This document shows positions 11,870-24,587 of a DNA stretch of 53,912 bases, piece after piece. The notes under the pieces were generated by a model. It made no database searches, was not told the DNA's origin, and worked only from the letters and a program-made list of their open reading frames with translations. The DNA is taken from NCBI GenBank assembly GCA_001724265.1, contig MEDY01000041.1:62001-115912 (forward strand), written 5' to 3'. The stretch is from Rhizaria sp. SCN 62-66. Taxonomy: Eukaryota. Each line of letters begins with the position of its first letter. Within the stretch, counting starts at the first letter, position 1. Position numbers and translations under genes: made by a program.

Positions 11870-12415
11870 GCATCTCAGCGAATGTCACTGTGCATTAGCG
11901 AGCATTTTGTGTCGCTCTCAAAATCACATCTATTTTACTTATAATTCTATCAACAACACCGATTCATACAGAAAACAGAACTTAAATCCAGCATCGCATG
12001 TCAAGTCGACCTCCAAATGCTATGATGAAGATTGTAATGATGATATGCGTATAAGATGCGTACACGATGACTTGTTGATCGATATAAACTCACCTATGTA
12101 AATATGTATCTGATGTGAGTTGTGAATGATTTGAATGAGTGACCAAATCGACGCTGCTGTGTGTACACGTGTACAAAAGCAGCTGTGTGATTTTTAGAAC
12201 TTTGGGCTACGCTTACGACGATTACTTAGATGAGAACAAGAAATAAAGACATATAACTAAGACATACAAAAGAAATGAAGATCACAATGACGCTACGCGC
12301 ATAGAGAAGCTAGACATCCGCATCAGTCAATCATGCAGCGTCCAAACCTTTACATGTAAGGTGCAGCGAAGTGACTGTGCTAAGTGTTGGACTTGAATTA
12401 GAGACTATGTCGCGC

Positions 12416-15035
12416 TTACTCCATCTTGGAGCGCTTGTCAGTGTGCTCGACGGCGGCCTCGTCCTCGGAGCCAGAGTGGTCGTTCATGTCGGACGCGCGC
12501 TCCTTGTCCTTCTTGTCCTTCTTGTCCTTCTTGTCCTTCTTTTCCTTCTTGTCCTTCTTCTCCTTCTTCTCTTTCTTCTCTTTCTTCTCCTTCTTGTCTT
12601 TCTTCTCCTTCTTGTCCTTCTTGTCCTTCTTATCCTTCTTCTTCTCCTTCTCCTCCTCCTCGCTCTCGTCGTCGCCGTCGTCGCCGTCGCTGGCGCTCTC
12701 GTCCTTCTCGGCGCCGCCGCCAGCCGCCTTCCAGGCCGCGACCTCGTCCGCGTACCGCAGCTTGTCCTGTGACGCCGCGGCCTCGAACGGCGCCTTGTCC
12801 TCGGCGCTCGCCTGCCCCCAAAGCGCGCCGATCTGCTTCGCCACCTCGGTGATGCTCAGCGACGGCTGCTCCGCGCGCACCTTGGGCCGCCGGTCCGCGG
12901 AGAAGAACATGAAGGCGCTCTGCGCGCGCTTCGGCTCGCCCTCCTTCTTGTTGCCCTTCTTCTTCCCCTTCTTGCCGCCCGCCGCAGCCTTCTTGGCGGC
13001 CGGCGCGCGCTTCGCCGCGGGCTTCTTCGCCGCGGCCTTCTTCTTGCGGCCGCCGTCGTCGCTGCCGTCGCCCTCGCCCTCGGAGCCCGAGCCGGAGCCG
13101 GAGCCGGAGCCCTCGGACTCGAAGTCGTCAGAGGACGACGACGAGTTGGCCTGCACAGTGTAACGTAACAGTAGGACAAACGAAGATACGAAAAGTGACA
13201 AGAGTGAGAATATGTCGGTAAAAATCACAGGGTGACGAACACATTTCAAAGAAAAACACCAAAATTGTCACATCACACCAAAATATGAAATTGAAGGAAA
13301 TACAAGTAGGAATACAGAGCGTCAAAGCGAGATGCTACGGTACCTCAAAGCTGGAGGCGTCCTCCTCGGATTCGGAGCCTTCGGCGGCGGCGGTGAGTTG
13401 TGCCAGCAGACTGCCCGCGCCGCCCTCGGCCGCGCGCTTGCGGCCCGCCGCCGTGGGGTCCTCGGCGGCCTCGAGCCCGAGCTTGCCGAGGCGCTGGCGC
13501 ATCGCGTTGGCGTTTTCGATGCGGATGTTCTTGCCCTCGAGGAACTTGAAGATGGCGTCGAAGGCGGTGTTGGGCACGGTGGAGAAGTCGAGCTGCGGCG
13601 TCGTCTTGTTCTTGAGCTTGAACACCAGGTCGAAGGAGGAGCTGGCGAAAGACGACTCGGCGCGCTTGAACGCCACCGAGATAACCTCGTCGTGGTAGAA
13701 GTGGAACACGGGCTTCTTGACGTAGAAGAACGAGTTGCCCAGGAAGAAAAGGATGCCGTCGTCGGCCTTGTAGGTCGCCTGCACGCCGACCTGCTGCGTC
13801 GGGTGCAGGTCCGCGAAGACCTTGGAGCCCTTGACGACGTTCTTCTTGATCACCGTGGAGAGCGCGTGCGGGATGATCACCTCGGGCGGGCCCTGCAGCG
13901 TGTCTTCGGCGAAGTTATCGTTGCCGAAGTGCGCCACGCGTGCCGCGGAGTCACCGCCGCCGAGCGGGACGGAGATGTCCGCGCCGCCCAGCGGCAGCTG
14001 CGCGATCAGGTACGGGTACGCAGTTTGACCCTGTGTGTGTGCGTGTGTGTGGCAACAAAGACGTGTACGACATTTGGGGTTATATGACAATGGAGATGTG
14101 AGGGTTTGCAAATCAAATTAGCATGCGGCATGATTAGTATGTAAGTACTCGTTGATCAAGAAAATCTTCATTCTACCTATCAAGCAGGGCCGCTGAAAGT
14201 CTTGTGTTTGAGGACTAATGCGCATGCGTACCTGACGGATGGGGGGCTCGACACCGATAATCATGATCTGCGCGTCCTCGTCGGGCTTGTCGAGGAGGAA
14301 AATGCGGGTAAAGTTGGCCACGGGGACCTTGTAGCTGAAGGTCGCCGTCGACATGCGGACGTGGTTGTAGAAGCACTGGAACGTGTACTTGCCGCGCGGC
14401 ACGAGCAGAGGCACCTCGAGCGTGCAGAGCGGCGTCTCGCCAGAGTCGACGTCGCCGGCGGACTGCAGCTGCTCGTTCAGCTGCTCGGCGGGCGTGGGCA
14501 CAATCATGCGGTCCTCCTCGTCGTAGTGGGGTTGGACGAAGAAGCGGAGCTCGGTGAGCTCCTCGACCTCCTCGGCGGCCTGGTCGTCGGTCACGAACTC
14601 AAGAGCGAGCTCCTTCTTGCCGTGCACGACGCTCTGCGCCACCGAGGCCAGCGGCACGTCGAAGAGCAGCTTGTCGTCCAAGGTAAGCGAGAGCAGCCCG
14701 GCGTTGATTGCGACCTCACCGTAGGACTTGCCGGAGGCGTCGAGCACGTTGTCCTTGACGGGCTTGTCGAGGGCCTGAATGATATCGCGCACCTCGGTCA
14801 TCGCCGTCGCGGGGAAGCCCGAAAAGCGGAGGTACGTGTTATCCTTTTGCTGAATCGTCATCACAAAGCCGCGATTCGAGTCGTGGAGCGCGAAGGCCGC
14901 GATTGAGGCGGGCTCCACAGTGATCTGCTTGCCGCGGTTGCCCACGAACACGACGCCCTGCGCGGCGTCGAACGTGAAGGCACCGGAGATCTGGCGGCCC
15001 TGGGCGAGGTATGCAATCGAGTCGTAGCTCGGCAT
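12416..15035 (-). CDS. SSRP1: FACT complex subunit SSRP1/Pob3 (~741 aa)
   Basis: Exons 15035-14232, 14030-13344 and 13150-12416, all introns GT-AG. Motifs: ELALEF...LTELRFFV, LLVPRGKY, PPIRQ|GQTAYPYL, YKADDGILFFL..SFFYVKKP, SFDL, an acidic region, and the HMG box PKRAQSAFMFFS...ITEVAKQIGALW. TAA stop. Confidence 0.95.
12500..12650 (-). repeat. Coding 9-nt tandem repeat encoding (KKD/KKE)n in the SSRP1 C-terminal tail
   Basis: Repeated tccttcttg/tccttcttc units on the + strand, translating to EKKKDKKDKKDKKEKK... Confidence 0.85.
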
Positions 15036-15457
15036 CTCTCTCTACATAGCACGGACGGGTGAAATCGACACAACAACCGGTCAACAGAAGGCACAGAGGT
15101 AGGAGATCGAGGCGTCAGAGAGAAGGTTTCCACGAAAGAATGCTGGGTGAGGCGAGAGTTTGTCATCGGGTCTGTGGACACACATCCTACTCTATGACGC
15201 AAAATATGATACACATTATACAAAAATTGTGTGCAGATTTAAGATAGTCCTATTACTAGGAATCTGACGTTGCACATGATGCTGGCCAAAGGGATCCACG
15301 ACACCATCTGTTGCGCGCGAATCCGAGCGAAGCTGTGGATCACAATTTTCGCGAACCCTCTCGGTTCCAACCACAGCCGATTGTGGGAGATTTCAAGCAG
15401 CGGGCCTGCCATAGCGTGATCGTCAATAGTTGAATTGAACATTGTTCGCGACTTAAC

Positions 15458-16174
15458 ATGTCGCAAATTAACGTGTTCTTATCAGCTACACTCGACCGGA
15501 TGCCGTGGAAGAATGGTGGAGGCGTGACTCGCCAAGTCGTTTGCCACCCGCCTGGCACCACCATCAACAACTTCGACTGGCGTATCAGCATCGCAGATAT
15601 CTCCTCCAGCGGCCCATTCTCTCTCTTCCCGGGCGTTAATCGTTCGCTGACACTGCTCTCCGGCCCTGGCGTGCAGCTCACCAGTGACGATGCGCACGGT
15701 GCTCCGGTGCATACCCTAGATTCGCTGCTCGCGCCTTACAGCTTCTCCGGCGACGTCCCGCTCTACTCCACCCTGATTCGCGATGGGGGACATTGCAGGG
15801 ACTTTAACGTGATGGTTCGCCGCACTATCGGCTCTCCACAAGTCTCGCTGTTTACTGCAAGCTCGGCTCACGCCGCTGCAGACGCTGAAGGCCGGGATAC
15901 TGTGACGTGGAAGTTGCCCCAGAACGGTGCCGTATTCGTCTGCGCAGGTCGCTGGCGTTTGACGGAGCCAGACGGCACGTGCCACTGTCTTTCCAAGCCC
16001 ATGGACGCGACTGCGACGAGCGCGAGCACAGCGGACGCCGGCGCTGACTCTAGCCTGTCTTCGACCCACGACGGCGCGCATTGGGCAGCGCTCGGGTCAG
16101 GCTACACGCTTGATGCTGCAAGCGAGGATGCTATGGCGCTCACAGTCACTATCGCCCCTGCTGTGAATGAATGA
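15458..16174 (+). CDS. hutD: HutD/Ves-family cupin protein (bacterial type)
   Basis: Signature motifs MPWKNGGGVTRQV, FDWRISIADI...GPFSLFPGVNRSLTLLSG and DFNVMVRR. Intronless, 238 aa, TGA stop, divergent from SSRP1. Confidence 0.9.
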   Translation: MSQINVFLSATLDRMPWKNGGGVTRQVVCHPPGTTINNFDWRISIADISSSGPFSLFPGVNRSLTLLSGPGVQLTSDDAHGAPVHTLDSLLAPYSFSGDVPLYSTLIRDGGHCRDFNVMVRRTIGSPQVSLFTASSAHAAADAEGRDTVTWKLPQNGAVFVCAGRWRLTEPDGTCHCLSKPMDATATSASTADAGADSSLSSTHDGAHWAALGSGYTLDAASEDAMALTVTIAPAVNE

Positions 16175-17150
16175 GCAGAATACTGGCATTGTGACTTGCC
16201 TTGTGCTTTCTTGCACAGAGGTAGTTAGTCGTGTATCCAAGAAGACTGTACTTCCGTTTTTTACCTTCAGGTTTGTTATCACCAGGCTTGAGTAGCACGC
16301 GTACGAATCTCTATAGGCCCACTATATCACATACCTAATCGAGTGATATTTTTCTACATGTTATTTAGTCCGTAACAAATTTGAATACATATACGTACAG
16401 TACGTACATCAATACATGTAACACATTATTGATCACATGATAGACTTTTGTATTCCACGCACAATTACATATAAACACAATACGAGAAACATATACAATG
16501 AATGTAAAAAGAACGAAACAGAAATACTTCGAAACAAAAAAACTAAATGAAGAAGCAAAATACACGAAACGAAATTAAGGAGAGATGACCACAGCAAAAC
16601 GAATACTACTCCGACCTGAACACGCGCGATTGCGATGAAGACGTACTGTTGTGAAATGCGAAACACAGTGCAATGGGGTCCATTGTAGTGGTGACAAAGA
16701 GCAGCGGTGGTACTTCTACAGGAGCTTATGTTCTTGCGAACCAATGTGGCGAGTTCTGTTGTGACTGAAAGTGAGAGTGAAGCTGCGGCAATAATGTACA
16801 AATAATGCAGCTTGCGCAACTAAACCTCACCGTGTGATTTAGACGTTAACTTTGGTTATGACGAAAAGGACGATCGAGAAATTGACTGGAGCGAAGCAGT
16901 ACAGTAGCAGTGCGGTAGCACTGTTGAGGCAGCTGCAACGCTTGGCTTACTGACTGTTACCGTAGCAGTACGGCAACAGTTTATCTCAATAGCCGCAAAT
17001 AGAGCCAATGAGGTTAAACAGCAACATCCAAACTTTCAGTCAGTCGGCCTAGCCAGCGCTTGTTCGCGTGCAATCAAAGGGCACGGATGAGGTGAACGGA
17101 GAGCAAGAGAGAGGAGAAAGGGCAACACACAAGTCCGTCAAGTCGCGACA

Positions 17151-17179
17151 GAGAGAGAGAGAGAGAGAGAAAAAAAAAA
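17151..17179. repeat. (GA)10 microsatellite followed by an A-run, in the probable 3' UTR of the kinase gene
   Basis: gagagagagagagagagaga aaaaaaaaa is directly visible. Confidence 0.8.
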
Positions 17180-17670
17180 GTGAAGGAATCGGAATAGCAC
17201 CGGGAATGTGCGACATTGAGCGACTTAGAGCAGCGAAGAAGAGACAACAAGCACAGGAAAGAGGAGAGCGCAAAACGGAAGAGTAGATCAGAGTGGCTAC
17301 GTGTATAAACACACAAACAATTTATAAACAGAAAAGAAGGGATAAACAAACGAGGATAGACATCAACAGAGAGGGATAAAACAGGACAAGAGGAACCAAC
17401 ATACAAATAGGAACAAAACAATGCAAGCATAAACAATCCATGAACCCAACACACAAACAAACAAGATGAGAGAACAGAAAGCAAATAATAAAGAGAGCAC
17501 ACCAAACAAATCCAGGAGCAACGAAGAAGGACTCAAATCTCACAAGGATGCGATCATCGACAATGACAGCATTGTCGACAACGATATTAACACAACGGAA
17601 GCAAGAATTCACAGGCGTTCAGGCACAATTATAGCATCAATAACATCATATGCAACACAAAAAATGCAGT

Positions 17671-20600
17671 TTACTGCTGCTGCTGTTGCTGCTGTTGTTG
17701 TTGTTGCTGCTGCTGTTGCTGCTGCTGGAACTGCTGCTGTTGTTGTTGGTGATACTGCTGCTGCTGCTGCTGCATCATCTGCTGCTGCTGGTACTGCTGC
17801 TGCTGCTGCATCTGGAGCGACATGTGCACGGGCGCCATGCCTCCCGCGGGCGGCAGTTGCGCGCCCGTCAGCGGCGACACGCCGAATCCGGCGCCCACCC
17901 CCCCCGCGCCCGCGCCCGCGCCAGCGTTGCTGCCGCCCGCGAAGAAGCCACCCGGCGCGGCGTGAGGCGTGGTCAGCGGCGTCAGACTGGGGTGGCCCGG
18001 CCGGTGCGGCGGCGTCTGCGGCGGCGCGAAGGCCCCCGGCACCGCGCTCTGCCCCTGCCCCTGCCCCTGCCCCTGCCCCTGCCCCTGCCCCTGCGGCTGG
18101 CCCTGGCCCTGCTGCTGGCCCTGCAGGAGCTGCTGCTGCGTCGGGTTGTTGTTGTGCATGGGCGGCAGCGGGCGGTGCTGCGCCGAGTTGGACGCGGTAG
18201 GCGTCCACGACGGCGGCGGCATCAGCCCCGCGCCCCCGCCGCCCGCCCCCGCGGGGCCCGTGTTCGCGGTCACGCTCGCGGGGCCTAGCAGCCCGGACCG
18301 CGCGCCCGAGGCGGCGACGCCCGTGTTGAGGTTCAACCCACCGCCGCCGACGCCGCCGCTGACGCTTGAGGCAGTCGAATGCGAGTGCGAGTGCGCGTGC
18401 GGGTGCGAGGGCGGCAGCCCCAGCGAGCCGGCCGGCGAGGCGCGAGAGTAGGCCGACAGCGAAGGCGACGCCGCGGGGCCCGCGCTGGGGGCGGCGCCGA
18501 CCGCGACGGGCATCATGCCGCCCGGGAACGCGCCGCTGCTGCTCGCGTTAGGCGCGTGGCCATGACCGCTGGCGTTGCCGTTGTTACTGTTGACGGGGAA
18601 GTCGGTGTCGTGCGAGTCCTGCATCGACACGGGCCCGCTCGTCAGCGGCGCAGCACCCGTGCCCGCAGTAGCGCCGCCATTGGCGCCGCCGTTGGGCGTC
18701 GCGGCCATGGGCGAGCCCGTCGCCGCCGCTGTAGCCGCGTCGCCGCTGGTGCTGGCGCTGGCGTTGGCGCTGCTGTCGTTCGCGGTCACCATGGGCGAGG
18801 ACGCGTCGCCGACCGAGGACAGCAGCGACACTGACTCACCGCCGGCACCCGCGCCCGCGCCCGCGACCGGGGTGGACACGGCCGCAGCGGTGGCTGCTGC
18901 TGCTGCTGCGACGGCGGCCTTCTGCGACTGGCGCTGCGCCTTCTGGTCGCGCATCGCGGCGAGGTTGGTGGAAAAGCTGCGCAGGTCGGTGATGATGCGC
19001 GCCTGGTTGGCGGTCTGCTGCTGTTGCTGCAGCACGGCCTGGTGCGCCTGCGCCTCACTCTGCCGCTGCGCCGCCTCCAGCCGGCTCTGCTGCTCCTGCC
19101 GCGCCACGTCCAGCGGGTCGAAGCTGTCGAGCGAGGCGCGCGTGAAGAACGGGTGCCTCGCCGCGACGTAGGGCGTCCACCGGCGCTCGGGATCCCACTG
19201 CAGCAGGCCCTGCAGCAGGTGGACGAACTTGACGCGCGTCGTGTGCTCCTTCTCGCGGACCTGCGGCGTGAGCGAGCGCTTGTACGGGTACAGGTGGATA
19301 ACATCGGCCAGCGCGTAGCCCTTGTGGTACTGCTTCATCGGCGCCGCCTCGGTCCGCGTCTCGGCTGCGTGCGCCACGGCAGACTTGAGCATGTACGACG
19401 AGACAGCGCCCTCAGCATCGTGCACGATCGGCGCGCCCGCGTGGTCCAGCTCGTACGTGTGCTGCGCGTGCCCGTGCGCGCTGTTCGCGGCGCCGCCCGC
19501 CGCGGCGGCCTGCGCCTGAGCCTGGGCCTGGGCCTGAGCCTGCGCTTGGGCTTGAGCCTGTTCGGATCGAAAAGAAAAGATAGCAGATTACAGTTTACAG
19601 AGCGTGAGACAGAATAAACAACAGCAACATTTTGACGCACAAATATTTGAAACGTGGGTGAGGCAGCAGCTATGTTGTTTGACGCGAGGCAACATACCTG
19701 CACAACGGCGGCGGCGTGCGCGTGGAGCTCGTGGTCGGGCACTGGGATCACGGTCCCGTCGGGCGCGACCGTAGGCACCGGCGGCGGCGGCATCTGCGCC
19801 AGCACCAGCGGCAGCGTCACTGGCACCGGCACGGGCGCGTTGGCGGCGCCGGGCGGGGCGGCGTCGCGGTGCAGCGCCGCGTTGGCCGCCGTGCGTGGCA
19901 CGAAGTACTGCGCGGCCGCCTTGGACTGGCGGATGATGCGGTCTGGGGGCAGCCCCACCGTGTTGACGATGCGTGCAACCTGTGGCGAGGAACAAAGAAC
20001 GAGGGAGAGTGGAGTGAGTGAGTGAAAGATGACGGAGCCGTAAATGCAAAGGTATTTGATTATTAATCACTGATTCATCCCTCTTGTTGTCAATATTATT
20101 CAATATTATAAAATGCAACGACTTAAGCGCACCTGGTTGTACTGCGAGGAGCCGGGGAAGAGCGGGAGCCCAAGGAAGAGCTCGGCCAGAATGCAGCCCA
20201 GCGACCACATGTCGATGGCGCAAGTGTAGGGGCAGCCGAGGAGCACCTCGGGGGAGCGGTAGAAGCGCGACTGGATGTACGAGTACACGGTCTGTGACTG
20301 TAGACACGCGGAGCCGAAGTCGATGACCTTGATGTCGGCCGAGGTGAGGCGGCACAGCAGCACGTTCTCGGGCTTGAGGTCGCAGTGGATGACCTGCGCC
20401 TCCTTGAGCGTCACCAGAGCGTCAAGCATCTGGCGGCCGAAGTTGCGGATCAGCTGCAGTGTCACGCCGCGGAACTGGTTCTGCTTGATAAGCTCGTACA
20501 GGTTCACGGAAAGCATCTCAAAGACGAGGCAGAGGTGGCCCTTGAAGGTGAAGTGGTCAGAGAGGCGCAGCAGGTGGCGCTTGTCTTCGGGATCGTGCAC

Positions 20601-21622
20601 CTGGTTCAGCAGGCGCAGCAGCTTGATCTCGACCCACGCCTGCGCACGCAGAGGACATACAGCAGTGAAAGAGTGATGAATTGGTGAGCGATCGATGCAA
20701 AGTAAAGACACAGAAAGAGATTTAGCCGTTGCTATGATTCATTGCGAGATGGATCGTGTTGCCGACGTACCTGGTTAGTATAGGCGGGCTTGTTCTTGAT
20801 GACCTTGACGGCGCGGATCTGCTTCGTCTCGCAGTCCTCGCACTTGACGACCTGGCCGAACGTGCCCTGCCCCAACAGCTCGAGCACGCGGTAGCTCTTG
20901 AAGCGTCCCGAGTCAGAGTACAGGATGTCGTTGACGCACATGACCAGGTTCGCGTTGGCGTTGTCATGCCCGTTGTTGCCCACGCGCGCCGAGGGCTCCG
21001 TCAGCACGCGCCGCGGGTTCGAGCTGCGGTGGTAGTCGAACTGCGGGTTGACCTTCTTGTACAGCGACACGATCTGCCGCGTCGCCTGCATCGTCAGCGG
21101 CGCGCTGGGGTCCAGCGCCTGCGCCTGGGCCTGCGCCTGGGACGACGCCGCGCCCGCGCCCGCCGCGCCGCGCCCGCCGGGGCCCGCGTTGGCGGCCGCG
21201 GCGCCGCCGGCGGGGGTACCAGCAGCCGCGGCGGCGGCGGCGGCGGCGTTGGCGGCGGTGGGGGCCGGGACGGCGCCGGAGGGCACAGGAACGCCGACGC
21301 TCTTGGGCACGATAAGGCGCGCGCGCTCCTCGCGCAGCGCGTCGACGTCGACGCCCGACGCGGCTAGGTCCTGAGGCGTCTGTGGCGACGGCGGCAGCCC
21401 CGTGCGGCGGCACGCGTTGGGGCGGAACTGGTGCGCCACGATGCGCGCGCGCCGCCCAGGGTCGGGGCCAAAGATCGCGAAGCGCTTCGGGCCGGCGGCC
21501 GCAGCCGCGGCCGCGGAGGACGAGGACGAGGACGAGGACGATGAAGAGGACGAAGGGGCAGCGGTGACTGTTGAAGCGACGGGGGCGGGCGCGGGGCCGC
21601 CGCCGGGAGCGAGGGTGGACAT
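17671..21622 (-). CDS. YAK1: DYRK-family dual-specificity protein kinase, Yak1 subfamily (~1,175 aa) with a polyQ C-terminus
   Basis: Exons 21622-20771, 20639-20133, 19979-19698 and 19557-17671. Motifs: NPRRVLTEPS, LGQGTFGQVVKC, AVKVIKNKPAY, NLYELIKQNQFRG, HCDLKPEN, DFGSA, YSYIQSRFYRSPE (YxY activation loop), LFLGLPLFPGSSQYNQ and WDPERRWTP..A.RHPF. TAA stop. Confidence 0.93.
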
Positions 21623-22810
21623 GGGGGTGTGTTACGGGAGAGAAGAAAGAGACGGAAGGGGAGAAAGCCCTTAGTCAGAAATGGGTGCGGCGGGCGGCGG
21701 ACGACAACGACGACAGCGACGACGACGACAAAGAGCTGAGTCTGGGTCGAGAGCGAGCGGCGAGGTGTGCCCGGGGGCCGGGGGAGGGTGCGCGACGACA
21801 AACGACGCTGTGTAGGGGATAAGGGAGAGCGAGGGGAGCTCTGGGGAGTGCTTCAGGCTGGCTGGCTGGCTGGCGGGCTGGCGCGGGCGCGGGCGCGGGC
21901 GAGCACTGGCAAGCACAAGCGGGACTGGGACTGACCGTGGATAGGCGGGCTGGACGGGCGAGCTGATTTGTCAGCTGTCTGAGTGTTCAGGGGACTGTTC
22001 TTCACAAAGAAAGAATAAACACAAATGTAAGAAGTGGATGAGATGTAGTAAATAGGTATACGAGATAATAGGACGAGTATAAGCGCGTGCGACAGCTTGG
22101 ACAGGACGGTCGAGAGGGAAGAATCAGGCGAGATTGTGTTGAAGGCTCCAGAGCGGACAAGTTAACTGAGAATAGCAATTGAACAGAACTGTACGGTATT
22201 AAACGTCGGTGACAACGTTAAATACAAACCGATGTCCACTTGTCTCGTCACAAATGCCACATAATCGCCTCAAATAGTGACTTGAGGGAGCAACAGGGCG
22301 CTTGTTGGAAGTTAGGACTAGCAATCGCAGGGCCTCAGAACCAACTGAGATCGCGATGTGAATATCCCATCCGGATGAATATCTCTCAATACACTGTTGC
22401 ATTCAAAACAACCTCCCAGCTCCGTCATCAGTGCCCGCAATTTACCGCCCCAAAACAATTCCCCCCTCTGACTGCGTCGTAACGAGAGACCGGGACGGCG
22501 GAGCAGCAAAGATCACAGCCGAGTTCCGAAAAATGTTTCCACCACAAACTGGTTTCTGGTCGGTCAGCTCAGTCATGACAGGTGAGGCGGAGATTCATTC
22601 ATTGAGCAAGCAAGAAAGTAAGCATCTTGGACTTGCTCTTCTTCTTCCGGACTGAATAAGAAATATTTCGACATGAAGACAACAATAGTAGACAAATATT
22701 ATATTTTTGCGCGCTAAAATCGACTTTCTCTGCGGTAAATAGCTCTCAACTTTCATTGGCTCGGATCTTCACTCGCCCACTCCTAATTGACCATCACTCT
22801 TCATAGCGCA

Positions 22811-24023
22811 ATGTCTACCCCTCAAGAGCAATCCCAGCTCGTCCGCGACAGCCTTATGGTCTTTGGCGGCACCGGCTACATTGGCAAAGTTGTCTGCAAG
22901 ACTGCTTTGGCGACTGGCTACGACGTACGTTCCTTTGGTTTCATCCCTTCGCATCTGCCACCACAAACAGTACTCAACAACCCCCCTCCAACGATGCATT
23001 GACGAGGACACACGCCAAGTTGAGCTTTATTTGACATATTTCTCCACATACTACGGGTACACAATCTTTGTTTATGTCTTCAACCACGTCTTTAACCCGT
23101 CTCTGCCGTTTTGTGTCCTTTTTGACTTAAACTGTAGGTGACCGTGGTCACTCGCAAGACCCCCGCTCCGGCCGCTCTCGAGCCCTGGCAGGAGCCCATC
23201 GCCTTCATCGAGGCTGATATCAACGACAGCAAACAGGACGACCGCTGGGTGCCCCAGATTGCCCGCCACAAGGGCGTTATCTCCTGCGTTGGCGCCTTTG
23301 CCACAACGCAGAAGGAGATGGAGCGTGTACGTTTCCTCACTTGAAGCTATAATACCACTTGCTGAGATATATGACACTCTATATCAAGTTTTACAATTCC
23401 GATTTTGGAAATATGTTATGGGTAATGATTTAGACAATATCATATTTGAAGTCTCGATAACTCGATCTCACCATTGTATCATCCGTTTGTGCACACTTGC
23501 ACTACTTCTTGCTTGTCACTTGTCGCTTGTCACTTGTTGCCTGCCGCTTCGCCGTGTCCAGATCAACGGCGCCGTCAACGAGCGCATCGTCTCTGCCGTG
23601 GCCGCGACCCCGTCGACCCGCTTCACCTTTGTCTCAGCGCACGCCTTTATCCTCCCCGGCCTGCTCCTCAACGGCTACTATGCCGGCAAGCACCGCGTCG
23701 AGACGGCCATCGAGCAGCAGCTCCCGGGCCGCGGCGTCGCGTTGCGCCCCTCCATGGTCTACGGCGTCCGCGGCGGCTTCGACTCGGGGCTCTTTGCGCG
23801 CCCCTGGGCGAAGCTGGCCAATGCGATCCCGCACGGCGAGACGGCGCGCAAGGTGCCCGGTTACGACATGCTCTGCGTACCGCCCGTGTCGGTGCAGAAC
23901 GTCGCCAACGCCGCCGTCGTCACCGCGGGCAAGGGCGCCGCGGACCCCCGTGTGCCCAAGGCCGGCCAGTCCCCGTTCATCGACGTGTTCGCCATCCAGG
24001 ACAACTTCGGCAGCACCGCGTAA
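22811..24023 (+). CDS. NAD(P)-binding Rossmann-fold atypical SDR/epimerase (Coq11/NDUFA9-like), ~254 aa
   Basis: Exons 22811-22924, 23138-23326 and 23562-24023. Motifs: VFGGTGYIGKVVCK, GVISCVGAF...MER|ING, FVSA, GYYAGKHRVE (YxxxK), LRPSMVYG and PPVSVQNVA. TAA stop. Confidence 0.88.
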
Positions 24024-24587
24024 GTGTGCACTAACCGGTACAGACAGTATCAAAGTGTTCAAATGTTCCTGTGTACAGAGTTTCAGTGATGCGAGTACGA
24101 GTATCGGCTGTGGTTTTGATTGTAGTGAGTGATTTCATACTTCAAAGACACAAGACCCATGGCTTGTGTCGATAGAGTATCTGTGACAATGTCTCATTAT
24201 TGTTGTGTAACAGTTACAACGTCGGCGTGAATATGTAAGTGTGTTTTGTATTGCTGGTTGAGACGCGTTATCACGTCAAAGCAGTGTTCTGTGTCCTTTA
24301 TGTGATCATATAATTTAAATGTAAACATGTGTGGTGAAAAAACAAACAAGTTGGAAGAAACCACGAGTTTCTGTTGCCTATGGCTACACCCCAACATATT
24401 TAATGGATGAATGGTACGTACAGTAAAAACCATTCTATCGCTGATTAACTAAGAATAATAACAATACAATGAATGCTATTGTTTCAATTTTGAACAAACT
24501 TTGGAGCTCAAAAAGAGATCCTTGCTTGTACAGCAGTATAGCTGTAGCTTGATGCGCCGTCAGACAGATCAAGGGACAAGATAGTTT

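Noticed and set aside
11376-12101. 241-aa plus-strand ORF
   Set aside because: It runs across promoter, intron and UTR in a non-coding frame. The real product is the spliced 62-aa protein.
15458-16174. Bacterial contamination as the explanation for hutD and the FtsX gene
   Set aside because: Both are flanked by intron-containing eukaryotic genes, have normal spacers and carry host-style low-complexity inserts. A chimeric assembly cannot be fully excluded without reads.
17049-17612. Hydrophobic Phe/Leu/Cys-rich short ORFs here and at 2260-3646
   Set aside because: They are by-products of U-rich UTR-like composition and lack the GC3 bias of real genes.
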